Shown here: positions 1-11,734 of the stretch, in pieces
Layout: every line of letters starts with the position of its first letter
Position numbering within the stretch: the first letter of the stretch is position 1
Assembly (NCBI GenBank): GCA_001179505.1
Contig: CDMY01000673.1
Coordinates: forward strand, 1 to 32,713
From: Vitrella brassicaformis CCMP3155
Lineage: Eukaryota > Protista > Chromerida
DNA: 32,713 nucleotides
Reading direction: 5' to 3'
Notes under the pieces: generated by a model
Database searches by the model: none
What the model was told of the DNA's origin: nothing
Seen by the model: the letters and a program-made list of their open reading frames with translations, nothing else
Translations under genes and position numbers: made by a program

Positions 1-27
1 CTAATGTGTTTGTTCGTGTTCTTGCAG

Positions 28-78
28 GCCCTCCGTCGCCGCGACCACCCTCATGCCTTCTTCGGACTCGATTGCTAA
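28..78 (+). CDS. Possible terminal exon of a gene that starts upstream of the window (ALRRRDHPHAFFGLDC*)
   Basis: Acceptor-like ...gttcttgcag ends at 27 and is followed by 16 GC3-rich codons and TAA at 76-78. Too short to assign; phase assumed 0. Confidence 0.3.
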   Translation, partial: ALRRRDHPHAFFGLDC

Positions 79-405
79 TGCGCTGTCGCTTGTGATGCCA
101 GAAGAAACACCTTTTCTGCCTCTTCCTTCCACTTGTCATCTTGGTCTTTACAGTCTTCGCTCTCCCTCAAGAAAAAGATCCGCAGCAAAGATCCGCAGCA
201 TGCAGCGGTTTCAGGGATTACCCTAGGCAGCCAGGCGGCAACAGTCCCGTTGTCAAACTCGGTGCCTTTTTTCCCGAGGTTTCAACGCGCTGGGTGAGTA
301 GTGGGGGTGCCAGCAACAGCACTGGTGTGAGGTGACCTTCTGTTCTTTCAGTTCGACCGTGATCGACCGTTTTGCCTGACCGCACGCCTTCCGTCTGAGA
401 AAGAC

Positions 406-474
406 GACGACCGTGCTGAAGTGTCAGCCCGATTCGCGGACGACCGTGCTGAAGTGTCAGCCCGATTCGCGGAC
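406..474. repeat. Perfect 33-bp tandem duplication (about 2.1 copies)
   Basis: gacgaccgtgctgaagtgtcagcccgattcgcg occurs at 406-438 and 439-471, followed by gac. Confidence 0.95.
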
Positions 475-867
475 AGGGAGGCCGATCTTCTTCAGGCTCG
501 CAGGGAGCTCGCGACGGGTTTCTTGGCGTGAGTGTGTTCTTCACGCTCCACGACAAAGATCCGCGACAGTCTCTCTCTTGATTTGCAGCAGCGGTTTCAA
601 GATATCAGTCTCGAGCCAAGCGAAGTCGTGACACACGTGAGCAGTGAGTGAAAGAGCACAGAGGCGACGCAACACAACTTGTCCATCCCGCTTGACGCTG
701 CAGGCGGAGCTCATTTGACGTCTGCTGCTTGCTTCGGTTCAGTGGTTGATTGGCGCCATGGCGGCTCTCGCTTCGTCTTCATCCGCCGCCGGGTCTCAGC
801 CGCAGACGCCGGTGAGTCAAGGCGCAGCGCACTCTATCATTGTGTATTGCGCATTTCGTTTCAGCAG

Positions 868-3824
868 GTGGTGTCCCGCCGTGGCCCTCAGTGTTGCGAG
901 GAGGGCACTCGTCTGTGGATGGTGTCGACTGTCGAGAAGAGGGGCATGCGCTGGCCGAGGTGTATGACAGAGAGCCGACCGAGGGAGGGACGGTGGTGCA
1001 CCTGAGGGCGGTGGAGCCGGTCAGCGGTGTGCGGGAGCTGTTCCAGAAGGTCGTGCCGCACAATCAGACCCACACACCACCGCATCAGCAACAGGTTCGC
1101 AAACCCAGGATACACGCACCCTACAGCACTCACACGGGAAGAGGAGATCTTGGTATGTGTGTGGTCAGGGCTCTGATGGCGACGGGAGGTTGTTTCAGTG
1201 CATCCATCGCGTGGGCGGCGCTGTGAGTTCGGATCAGACCAACACAGAAGGGCAGCACTCCAAGAGCGTAAGCACAAACACAGACATACACGCGCACACA
1301 TGGATCGGCCCATGTCTGCGTCTGTCTATCCAGGTGCGTGTTGGCGATGGCAACAAGCGAGCACGTGTGGCCGGCAGCCCGGCTGGCGGTGTGGAGGGTG
1401 GTAACAAAGAGCCTCAGCAGCGCATAGAAACGGTGAGACCAGCCGCAGGGAATCTGCAGTGAATGACCGACCCACACTCATCCTTCCCTCTCTCTGTTTG
1501 TGTCTTGTGCAGATTTGTTCGTTGGTGATGGAGTTCCTTCCCCTTCATGTGCTCATCCCCCTCTCCCAGTGGCTGGCCAAGAGCACCAAGCAGATGTGGG
1601 ACCAGGCGGCGCCCAGCCACACACGACTCTTCATCGACTGCGCAACCAAGGACGACGAGCACTGCTGGAGATCGCCGACCGAGGGCCGCAAGTTTTGGCA
1701 GAAGATCCCTCTCGATTACGTCGAGCGGATAGCGGCACGGCTCACCGGCCTCACTCACATCACCCTCTGCTACCCTAGGCATCACCCCATGTGGTGCAGT
1801 GACGTGTTGCTAACCATCATCGAGGCCGCAGCCGCCCCGCCCGCCCCCACTCAGCCCCCTCCCGCCACCGACCAGCCCGACAGACAGGAAGGCGCCCCCG
1901 CCACCCAGAGGCCCTCCGAGGTGCGACAGTCGGCCAGTCGGCTGGAGACCATCGCATTCGAAAGGGTGCGGCTGAGTGCGGCGGAGGGCCGTGAGCTGGA
2001 GCGTCACAATCCCCCTCACCCTCCTCGCCGCAACGAGCCCCTCACCTTCCACTCACTCAAGGCGGTCACAGGAGCTGTCGGAGAGCACAGTGAGCTGGCC
2101 AACAGAGGGTGGCTGATGCCGTCACTCGAGACAGTGGAGCAGAAGTGGTGGGACGCGCGCGAGCTGGGCCGCTTCATCAGCTCGTCACGGTGTCTGCGGC
2201 ACGTCGGCGGCCGTCTGGCGGGTGAGGAGTGGGCCAGTGTGATTGAGCACATGCCTGAGGCAGCTGCTGGGCAGACAGGGCCACTTGCAGGCCTGTAAAG
2301 CATCGGCACCATCAAGCTGGGCGGCGATCCTGACCAGGCCAGTGCAGCGGTCGACAGACTGAAGGTAACTTACCATCAGTGGATGTACGTGGAAGAGAGG
2401 TCTTAGTGGTGATCTCACCATATGTGTGTGCTGTAGGTGGCACTCGTCTCGCGTGGCTGCCATCGGTCGCTCACTCAGATGGTGGTGGACATGTTCTTCT
2501 ACGACTTCGACAGCCGTATCCTTCCCCTCCTGCAGTCCCTCGCGTCGCTATACAGCGAATGCTGCCGACCCGATGACGAAGTGAGACTCGTCTTCTTCGA
2601 GCGACAAGTGTCACGAAGTGAGTGGGGGCGATATGGCAACAGTTTCGACCTGTCGCTATTCTACAACGACGACTTTCCCGCCAACCCCTCCTCGCTCGGG
2701 AGAAATGAAGGAAACGAGCATAGAGAGTCTGCGGCTGTGAGAGCAGGCGATGAACTTTTTTGGAACTGGTTAATGTGTGTGTGTTCGTACAGTGTAGACA
2801 AGAGTAATGAGTTTGACCCAAAGGGCGGGAATGACTAAGGAATGACTAATAGTCACGTGCCTGCGTATGCTTATGTGCCAGACGAAGCCGATGGACGAGT
2901 ATATCTGGTTGGCTGAGTCGGTTGTTTTGTGTCAGGGTCCAAGCACGGAAGGCCCTGACGGTCAGCTACACCATCAGCCACAATGACCTCATCAACCCCA
3001 TCAACAGCCCCAGCCAGGCGGCCAAATTGCAGGCGGCCATCGACATCGCCAAGACACTCACTTTCGACATGGAGCTCGTGTCTGTCCACAACGCCCCTGA
3101 CTTCGTCCCCCTTCCCAACCCCCCTTCACCCCACACCACCATCATCGACCACCTGCAGCCGTTCCCATCGGCCAGGTTGCTGTACATCCGCAGTGCTCTT
3201 GGTGGTGATGCGGGTCGGCTGGTTGCACAGATGATGCCGACGAGGGTCAAGGTGGTATCTTTCGGCAGACGTGTGAGTGCAGCGGACAGAAGGAGCGTGC
3301 TCGAGGCCCTCGGGGCGGAGAGGGAGGTTGGCACCGTCGGTGTCGGCTGGCCGCCGCCGCGTGCGGTCAGTCTCGCTGACGGTGCATTGGACGGCAGGGT
3401 TTCGGACAGTTTCCCATCGATTGGCTAATTATTCATAGAGTTGTCAGGTATGGAATGCATTGCCACGCAAGGAGTGCTGGCTGGCTCGTTCATCTGATGT
3501 GTGTGTTGTGGCCGTGTGTGCTGTCATTCAGCGCCCGATGATCTGGACCCCTCATCCGTTGTGGATGGCGTGCGGGGCCTAAGGCGCTTGAGGCGCTTGA
3601 CGCTGTTTGTGTGGCCTGGCGAAGCCGTTCGTGATGCCGTCCGGCAGCTGCTTCCCACCGGTTGTGTGTTGGGGGCTGGGCACAAATTTGTCATCGAGGA
3701 GACATGCAGGACCGGTCGCCGGCGGAGACCCAGGAGGCAAGACCGTCGCATCACGATAGCGCGTCGCTCTCAGAGGGTGAGCGGGAGCATAGCCAATGCA
3801 CCCATCGCACCCATACTCGTGTGA
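868..3824 (+). pseudogene. Multi-exon gene of a lineage-expanded F-box/LRR-like hypothetical family, disrupted
   Basis: Phase-compatible exons: about 868-1049, 1169-1222, 1334-1432, 1513-2364, 2437 to about 2695, 2936-3448, 3531-3824. There is an F-box-like segment (ICSLVMEFLPLHVLIPL) and LRR-like L..L..I motifs (LTGLTHITL, FHSLKAV, MPSLETV). In-frame TAA at 2296-2298 (GPLAGL*SIGTIKL) and 3426-3428 (FPSIG*LFIELS), with coding-like sequence continuing to a good donor after each. No usable donor near 2695. The first exon or start (ATG 758 or upstream) is unresolved. Family assignment is from recall of similar Vitrella-type proteins. Confidence 0.7.
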
Positions 3825-4297
3825 CTTTCCGTGTGTGCGGTCAGGTCGTCTGTCAATCGATTGCATGACAAGACACCCTCGTTACGCGGCACTTGTTTGG
3901 TGGATACACGGATGGATGGATGGACATTTTCTGCTGTGTGGGGCGGCACTTGTTTGGTGTCCGGCTGGCTGGATGGACGGACGGCGAATGGATGTTCTCC
4001 GCTGTGTGTGTGCCGGCTGATGCGGCCCATCTCATGCACACACCAGGACACAATACACAAACACTCGCACTGTGGGTGGGCAGTCACGTACATCTGATGT
4101 GCGAGAAGGGTCAGAGATGTCGATGAGCAGTCGCTCCCTTTCCTTCGGCTTCCTGTGGTGGGTCGTTTGTGCACGCAGTGAGGGCCATCCATACCTACAC
4201 ACACACACAGACAGTTAGGGGAGGGAGGGAGGGAGCGACTGTTTGATTGACCGACTGAGTGGCTATGGACTGTGAGGCTGGCGATGTGTACATGGGG

Positions 4298-4597
4298 NNN
4301 NNNNNNNNNNNNNNNNNNNNNNNNNNNNNNNNNNNNNNNNNNNNNNNNNNNNNNNNNNNNNNNNNNNNNNNNNNNNNNNNNNNNNNNNNNNNNNNNNNNN
4401 NNNNNNNNNNNNNNNNNNNNNNNNNNNNNNNNNNNNNNNNNNNNNNNNNNNNNNNNNNNNNNNNNNNNNNNNNNNNNNNNNNNNNNNNNNNNNNNNNNNN
4501 NNNNNNNNNNNNNNNNNNNNNNNNNNNNNNNNNNNNNNNNNNNNNNNNNNNNNNNNNNNNNNNNNNNNNNNNNNNNNNNNNNNNNNNNNNNNNNNNN
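4298..4597. other. Assembly gap (300 N)
   Basis: Run of N; both flanks read gtgtacatgggg. Confidence 1.
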
Positions 4598-4811
4598 GTG
4601 TACATGGGGGGGGGGGGCATATGGGCACAGTGAGATGCCACACACCGCCGCGTCGTCGCGCCGCAGTCCTGCCATTGCTTTCCTACCTGCGTGATGTGAG
4701 GGGGTGACAAACGCGGCTGGGACTGATGCAGTGGATTCTCTGAAGCCGACAAACGACAAGAAAGTTCACACAATCAGGATAAGATAGAAGAGGCCACCTC
4801 ATATAGTATGC

Positions 4812-5200
4812 TCACCCAGGAGTAACCTTGATTATGTGCCACTGCATATAGCTACTAGTATCCGGCGTGATGATTTGCCTTATTTCCCCCTCGCGCATCG
4901 ATAGACATGCCTCATGCTGCCAGCTCACTTGGTTGTCGCTCACATCAGGCACACGACGCACCACCGCACTGTCGTCCCAAGTACTTCTCGTGGCCATCAA
5001 ATCCGTCGAACCACGTCACGATGTCGAATTCGACGGTGTCGTTGACTCTTGGCACCCTGCCGGTGCCCTCCTTGATCACTCGATGATATGCCCCAGACGG
5101 ATAGCGCAGGAATCCGGTGGTGTCATTGCTCCCCAAAGCTTCCTCTTCGCTCGCTGCCGCGACGCACACACGGCAGACAGAGATGTCACACACCGACACT
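4812..5200 (-). pseudogene. Degenerate FKBP-fold domain gene remnant with frameshift; 5' exon not found
   Basis: LRYPSGAYHRVIKEGTGRVPRVNDTVEFDIVTWFDGFDGHEKY, then a 1-nt frame change near 4977-4980, then WDDSAVVRRVPDVSDNQVSWQHEACLSMREGEIRQIITPD...IIKVTPG* (TGA 4814-4812). It aligns by eye with the 6086-6479 exon. An acceptor followed by SVGV at 5200 matches the SVGV that starts exon 2 of the plus copy. Confidence 0.7.
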
Positions 5201-5778
5201 CTGTCGCACAGAGATGTCGCACTCGTGTCGGTGGGTAGCTTCGGAGCCGTTCGTTGGCAGCCCAAGGCCATCGACAGCAGACATGGACAACATGAGGGTG
5301 GCAAACATCCACATAGCCATCCCGCTACAACGATGGGGCATCCAGGAGGACGTTCCCCAGGCAGAGAAGGGCATGGATCTCATCTGTGCCTGGTTCATTT
5401 CGGCGGCAGTGGGCGCCGCAGATCCGCCGCTGCCGAGGCCGCCTGTGCCGAGGGAATCCATCAGAAACGTTGATGCAGCAGCAAAGAAGGGGGACACTGT
5501 TGAGGAAATGATGTGTCGGCCCGCAGATGGATAACCTCGGCTATAGCCTGATTGGTTTCTCAACAGACACGCTGCCTCACGAGCGACGAAACGAACTTCC
5601 CAAGCGCGAGCTCAGCTCGGAGCAAAAAGAGGTGAAGGGAATTTGGCTTCTCGCGAGGCCAGGTGAGTCAGGAAAGCACAGGCGACCATAATATGACCGA
5701 GATCTGATCAACACGTTCATATCTGTGGGCCCTCTCTTCTGTGTGTGATGTGTGCAGCATTGGATTGGATCTGTGAGG

Positions 5779-6479
5779 ATGTCATCGTCGCTCAGCAGTC
5801 TGTCGGGCCGCGTGGTCGGTCTGTTTGAGGGCCGCAATGTCTTCACCGACGGCAGTGGGCTGTACATCTCGGTCCAGCAGGGGGAGGGTGGCCCTCTCGG
5901 CGGCCGCAGAGAGCGGCGGTTCATCCGCAAGACCGACTACGGCAAGATCAGCCTCTTCGAAGACGTCAACCTGGACCTACGGCAGCTGGCCAGCAGGTAT
6001 CTCACACACACAATGGCTGCACTGAATGGCGGCACAGGCAGACATTTGTGTGCCCTTGCTGTGTGTGTGTCCTTTCGTTGATCAGTGTTGGAGTGACCAC
6101 TGACGGCGGCGCTGCCCTGCGTCAGCGGCAGGAGGGCTCATCATCGTCACAGCAGCAGATCGCCAACACCAGCATTGTCGGCCGTTGGACCGGCACATTG
6201 TCATCGACCGGTCAGCTGTATGAGGTGGTGCAGGAGGGCGGCGGCAGAGTGCCCACACTCGACGACACCGTCAAGGTCGACATCATCGAGTGGCGTGATG
6301 CATTCGACGGCCGGGACAAAGTCATCGATAGCCGTGGGCTGGTGTATCGTGCGTCTGCTCAGCGTGAGTGGTTCCGTGAGGCGTTGCTGTCGATGCGGAC
6401 GGGGGAGGTGAGGCAAATCAAAGTGCCATACGTATCCTATCCCCGCTACTTTCGGCTGCGGTTGGTCAGCATAGAGTAG
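5779..6479 (+). CDS. Two-exon protein (about 203 aa): uncharacterised N-terminal domain plus degenerate FKBP-type PPIase-fold domain
   Basis: Exons 5779-5996 and 6086-6479 (GT-AG, phase 2), TAG at 6477-6479. The C-terminal part LYEVVQEGGGRVPTLDDTVKV...DG...EWFREALLSMRTGEVRQIKVP...FRLRLVSIE follows the FKBP pattern (G.G..P...D.V.V; GW.E.L..M..GE.R...P; F.VEL). Confidence 0.8.
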
Positions 6480-6801
6480 GAGAGAGTCCACACACACACA
6501 GTAGTGGGCGGCTGTGTCTGTCACACACTCATGTGTGTGGCCGGGGGCTCCTCCCTCGTTGTGCCTGTCAGCTTTGAGCGAAGGAGTGAGTGAGTGTGTT
6601 GTCTGTCTGCCGGCCACCCACACACTCATGTGACGGTTTCTGTCTGCTCGTGTGTCCGTTTCCATTCGACGCGGTACTGTGTGAGAGAGTGACAAAGAGT
6701 TTTGACTGCGCGTGTTGAGGGAAGGAGTGCGTGTATTGTGATTTCTGCGATTGAGTGATTCCCCATTGTGTTGTGGCACAATTGGCAGCACTTTTGCCGC
6801 A

Positions 6802-7101
6802 NNNNNNNNNNNNNNNNNNNNNNNNNNNNNNNNNNNNNNNNNNNNNNNNNNNNNNNNNNNNNNNNNNNNNNNNNNNNNNNNNNNNNNNNNNNNNNNNNNN
6901 NNNNNNNNNNNNNNNNNNNNNNNNNNNNNNNNNNNNNNNNNNNNNNNNNNNNNNNNNNNNNNNNNNNNNNNNNNNNNNNNNNNNNNNNNNNNNNNNNNNN
7001 NNNNNNNNNNNNNNNNNNNNNNNNNNNNNNNNNNNNNNNNNNNNNNNNNNNNNNNNNNNNNNNNNNNNNNNNNNNNNNNNNNNNNNNNNNNNNNNNNNNN
7101 N
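6802..7101. other. Assembly gap (300 N)
   Basis: Run of N. Confidence 1.
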
Positions 7102-8312
7102 GGGAAGGGAGTGTGGGATTGCCTTTCACTCTCTTTCTGCCATCGATGTGGGTCGCATTTTGCCAGATGAGTGAAAGGCAGCCAGGGGCTGGATTCTTAT
7201 CGCGGCGTGAATGTTCGTCTGTCTGTCTGATTATCTGATTGTCTGCCACGAGTGGATGGATGGGTGGAGTGTGTATCCTTTGCGTGGCTGGTTTATCGAT
7301 CGGTCGGCCACTCACAGCCCTCTGGGGGGGGGGGCAAGTTTTTTGTGCCGGCCAGCGGATTGGAATTTGTGTGTGCCCTGCTGTCGTGTCTTCCCTCTGT
7401 CTGCCTGTCTGAGTGTCTCTGTGTGTATGTGCGTACCGCAGTGCTGGCTGATACACATCCAAACGTACACACATGAGGGAGGGCTGAAGGTGACCACACA
7501 TGAGGGCGGTGTGTCCATCTCTTGTCGTCCGGCCATCTGCTGCCCGACTGACAAATGTTTGTGGCTCACATTAATATGCATACAAATGTATGTGTGTTTA
7601 TCGGTCTGCGTGTGTGGTAATCGTACGCGTACGTCTGTGTACTCGTCTCTCTCTCTGCGTGTGTGCGTATTCGTTGCCTTCCCGGGTGTGACACGATTGA
7701 CCATGAGACTGACCCGAGGAGGCAATCCGTATGTCAGCTGACTGAACAGTGACACCGTCCATGTGTATGCGTGTGGATGGGTGGATGAGGCGGCCTGGGG
7801 AGATGAGTTTATCAGTTTATTCGCTGCACGCTGATGGACAACATGGCCGGCTGGGGAACCAGAAAGACCGGACCGACGACGGTTTACTTGCAACCAATGT
7901 CCGGTCACAGTCTGACTGTGTTTTGAGTGACACTGGACGGACCATGTTATGGTCTTTAAGGACTGCCTTTATGGTGATTGCCAGAGGATTCTGTTTGTGG
8001 GCCAACGACTGTATGATGGTGTCTCTCTCCCGTGCACAGTCGTCGCCAGCCATTCGAGTATGTGTGTATGTGTATCCGGGTGAGTCACATACTATCCAGT
8101 CGGCCCCTCCACCTCCCCCTCTCCCCCTCCCTGTCCCTGTCTGTCTGTCTCCCCGCTCCGCCCTCTCCCATCTCCATACATACAATCACCCCCGCAACCA
8201 CGCAATGCAATGCAATGCAGTGCATCCCATCCCTCCCTCCGTCCATCAGTTGCCATGGGCCATACAACATACCCCCCGTCCTGTCGTCACTCCTGCGAGC
8301 ACTGCACTGCAG

Positions 8313-8709
8313 GAGGTTACAGCTGCAGGAGGGCCCTGATGCGGCACTTGGTCTGCTTGCCCCCCCTTGTCGACCTCCCGCCGTAGCCGCTGCCCTCCGA
8401 CGCATTCTGGATCGCCCCACCGCCCCGCTGCTTGATGAGCTGAGCGCCCTCTGCCCTGCTGCTCGCCGTCGCTGGGCCACGGCTGCTGTGCCCCTCGACG
8501 AAACATGGCTGCATGTCTTCGAAGCCGGGAGGTGGCTGTGTCAGCTGCAGCCGGTGGACAAGCACAGGGGTGGAGGGCCCAGACGCCTGCAGAGAGCAGC
8601 GACACGAGCAAAAGCGCAACAAATCAAGGCCTTCATGAATGCAGACCAACAACTTGTGGAGGCAGACAGAGAGTTGTACATACCAGTGAGGATGGGGGCG
8701 ATGCGGTAG
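8313..8709 (+). CDS. Probable coding exon or gene remnant of unknown function
   Basis: An acceptor-like ctgcactgcag ends at 8312, followed by an open GC-rich frame (ALRRILDRPTAPLLDELSALCP...WLHVFEAGRWLCQLQ) to TAG at 8707-8709. No convincing upstream exons or start. Confidence 0.35.
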
Positions 8710-11270
8710 ACGTCAGAGAATGATGCTCAATCAAGTGTTGGCTCCTGGCCGCAGCGCCGCTGGTGGTTCGGGTGCTGGGGTCGCTGCCGCCCCCGGGGAC
8801 ACACGCAGTGCGAATGTCCCTCAGGACTGGCACCAGATCCAAGCCCAGCGACAAGACCTCACGCACACGCGAATCATCCCCATCATCACCACCAGAGCCC
8901 CCGTGTCCCTCTCCCTCCCCCTCTTCCTGCCCCTCTCCCTGCCCCATCTGTCGCCACTCCATGTCTCCGCCCACATTGGTCAGCGACTGGGAGGGAGGAA
9001 CGGCAAAGTAGGACTCCCACCCGTCGAACCGCCACGGAGCTGCCGGGGGGTTGACCAGGGGGGCGTCCGTGAGGGCCTCCCATGTGACGGAAGAGGAAGA
9101 CCGGTACTGCTCCAGTGCCTTCCACTCCTCATCAAGGGTCAAACCAGACGGAGTGCTGGACGTCAAGCCGTCAATGATATCGTCCCCCCGGGGCCCCCGG
9201 CTGTCAGCCCCTCCTTTCTGCCGCGCCCGCGTGAAGGTCATGGCACGTGGCGAGTCGGCAGCTGGCTGGGACGCGACGGCATTGTCAGCCGCGTCGCTAC
9301 TGGCAGCTGCTGATATCTCGTGGATGAGCTGCAGCAGGCTCTCGCTGGCGTGGTCACGCTGGCCACCACTGGCGTCACCGCTCCCATGGTGCGGCGCTTC
9401 TGTCTGGGGTTGTTTGCTGGGTGGCTTCTGTGGGGCTGCGTGGGCGTCTCGGCGAGTGGTGGGTGAAGGAAGATACGGAGGCGGGCTGCCCACGATGCGC
9501 CTCGCCGCTTCGAGGATGGATTTGTCGGCCTGAGAGGGATGGTGGGGGCACTTCCATCGGGCGAGCAACGTGCGAACCTGACGACCAAAGGGCAGAGGCG
9601 AAGGCACACACATACAGATGAAGGAGGGTGTGGTGAGGGGCGTTTGGTTGCTCGCCTCTGCAGGTGTGAATGAGTTGGCGATGGCTGTGATGGTCTCCCT
9701 ATGCATAATCCTGCCGCCGCGCCACAACTCCTGCAGCCCCGCAACACAGTCCTCAACACCATTGCAGCTGCACACAACACATATGCGGACAGGGAGGGAC
9801 ACAGAGAGCCAGACTTCGCGGATGTCCCATGTGGGTGCCAAGCATTGCATTGCAATCATTGCAGCAGGGATCATGACTTGTCTCTCTCGTTGCCAGCTCA
9901 CTTGTGGACGCTGGCAAGGCTGCCGGGTAGGGGTGAGTGGGCGGCGCACATCCGACGCGAGTACTCCTGGGCTGCGGCGAGGAGCGATACTTCCTGGCTC
10001 TCCTGTGGCCCCTGCTGCTTCTGCTGCTTCTGCTGTTGCTGCTGCTGTCGGTGCTCCTGCCACTCCTTGAGAAAGCCCTCGATGTGCGCGGGGTACCGCA
10101 ACAACTTGACTACCTGGAGAGAAAGAGAGAGAGACGGCATGGCATCAACGGACGCACATGGCTGGGTGGGATGGATGGATTCACTTCGTATTGGGGGGCT
10201 GCAGGAGTGCAAGTGCATTGCGTGCATGTGTAGGGTTGTGCGTGTTTGCTCACCTCTGCCGCCTTTCCCTGAGGCAGCCTCATGTCCCGCTCTACCTTAC
10301 GCAGCTCCATGCCCACCTCACGGGGCAACCAACACGGACTGCACACACACACATGAACAACATGTTCACTTGTCTCCCCTCTCCCCCAATCGTCCCTCCC
10401 TCTCCTCACAGGATGCTGTTCCCATTAGCGACGGTAAGTACGGCGGCCTCGAAGCTCATGGCGAGCTCCCCGGGTTGCCTGGCCTGCCGGTCCACGATGC
10501 CCCGCTCCCACCCGTCGGCCGTGTCATGATGGGGGCTGAGGGAAGCTGACGCCGGCCAGTTGTCGAGCAGATACTCCAACTTAGCCGGGCTGAGCTGGAA
10601 GGCGTGCCGGGCATACTGGTCAGGCACCAGCCACTTGATAATGGTGCTCTCCAGCTGACGGGCCAGGTCGGCGGAGAACCTGCAGTGAGTGAGGCGCATC
10701 GGAAGAGGAACACGGAACAAAGAGATGGATGATGGACGGCGCCGTAAGTGTTGTGTTATGTTGTGTGCAGTGCATTCGGCTGACTTTCTGGTGGATTCGG
10801 CGAAGGTATTGTGCCACTTGGCTGCCTCCTTTTTGGCCGATGTCTGGAGGTAGTCCTGAAACGAGCGATACGCCGGGCCCCGATGTATCCTGCAATGCAA
10901 TGTGTAAGGGGGAAACAGGAAGACCATTGGCAACACGATGCACATGAGAGCGACATGAAATCCCCCCCGCGCTCCTCTACTTACTCGTGGCTGCCGAGAG
11001 GCCAGTTCCTCAGCGCATGGAGCTGCTCCTCAGTGGAGAGGTTCTTGAAAAAGAAGGGGGGCATCCGCATGGCCTTGAAGTGCCGCTGGTGGCGCAGAGA
11101 AACACCGTCAGAACACCGCCATGACCCATTTGGATTGGAGTTATCATCAACAGTGTGCCTACCGAGCGCATCCACTCCTCCAACGTCATTGCAGGCCTCA
11201 CCGCAGGGCCGTCCGCGCCGCCCGCGCTCGCCATGGTCCCGACCTCCGATGCGTTGCTGAGCTTCTTCAT
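8633..11270 (-). CDS. Multi-exon hypothetical protein with a Gln-rich tract and a long low-complexity C-terminal region
   Basis: Phase-consistent GT-AG exon chain: 11270-11163, 11085-10985, 10889 to about 10788, 10679-10410, 10338-10254, 10113-9902, then 9767 onward. The 3' structure is ambiguous: either one open frame to TGA 8635-8633, or a 38-nt intron 9615-9578 ending at TGA 9377-9375. No recognisable domain. Confidence 0.65.
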
Positions 11271-11734
11271 TCCGCTTCATGCACATGGATGCATATCGAT
11301 GATCATAGAGCGACAGCTAGGCGTGGCCGCGTCGACGCAAGTTATCTTCAACTTCTCCTTTTCACAGAATCTGATGGGGTGGGGGCCTGGTTGAGCAGAG
11401 GACGAGACGACCTTTTTTGGGGTTAAGGGAGGGACCGATCAGATTGTCTTTGAGACAGCCCCACGTACTGTGAACCGGCCCACGGCGGAATGAATCATGG
11501 CCTGGATGAATGAATCTGGCCAGCAATAACGGACGGCTGGACTGACATCATGACGCAGGAACGACTTTGGATACGGCCTCGCTACCACTTCCGCCCTCCC
11601 CTACAGCCCGAAGTCCAACCTTACGCACTCATCAAGGACGCACCACCACTCATAGGCCACTGTCTGCACTTGACCATTGCTCCATAAGCATAATATTCCA
11701 GTGTCTGTGAGTGCACCTCCCCAAGTCCGGCCGG

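Noticed and set aside
406-474. 33-bp repeat as a CRISPR array
   Set aside because: Two directly adjacent copies with no spacer, in a eukaryotic context, and no cas genes.
4284-4612. Identical gtgtacatgggg on both sides of the gap as a target-site duplication or direct repeat
   Set aside because: Best explained by contig ends overlapping at a G homopolymer, with the gap size set to a default 300 N.
5191-5233. caccgacac...gtgtcggtg inverted repeat with duplicated acagagatgtc nearby
   Set aside because: Short, and lies at the decayed acceptor region of the FKBP-like pseudogene; likely local slippage or rearrangement debris.
5286-5534. Plus-strand ORF MDNMRVANIHIAIPLQRWGIQEDVPQAEKG...
   Set aside because: No recognisable motif or convincing splice context; could be a gene fragment but is unsupported.
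8720-9313. 197-aa plus-strand ORF and the many other long ORFs antisense to CDC73 and ATG2
   Set aside because: Shadow ORFs expected opposite GC-rich coding sequence; no independent signals.
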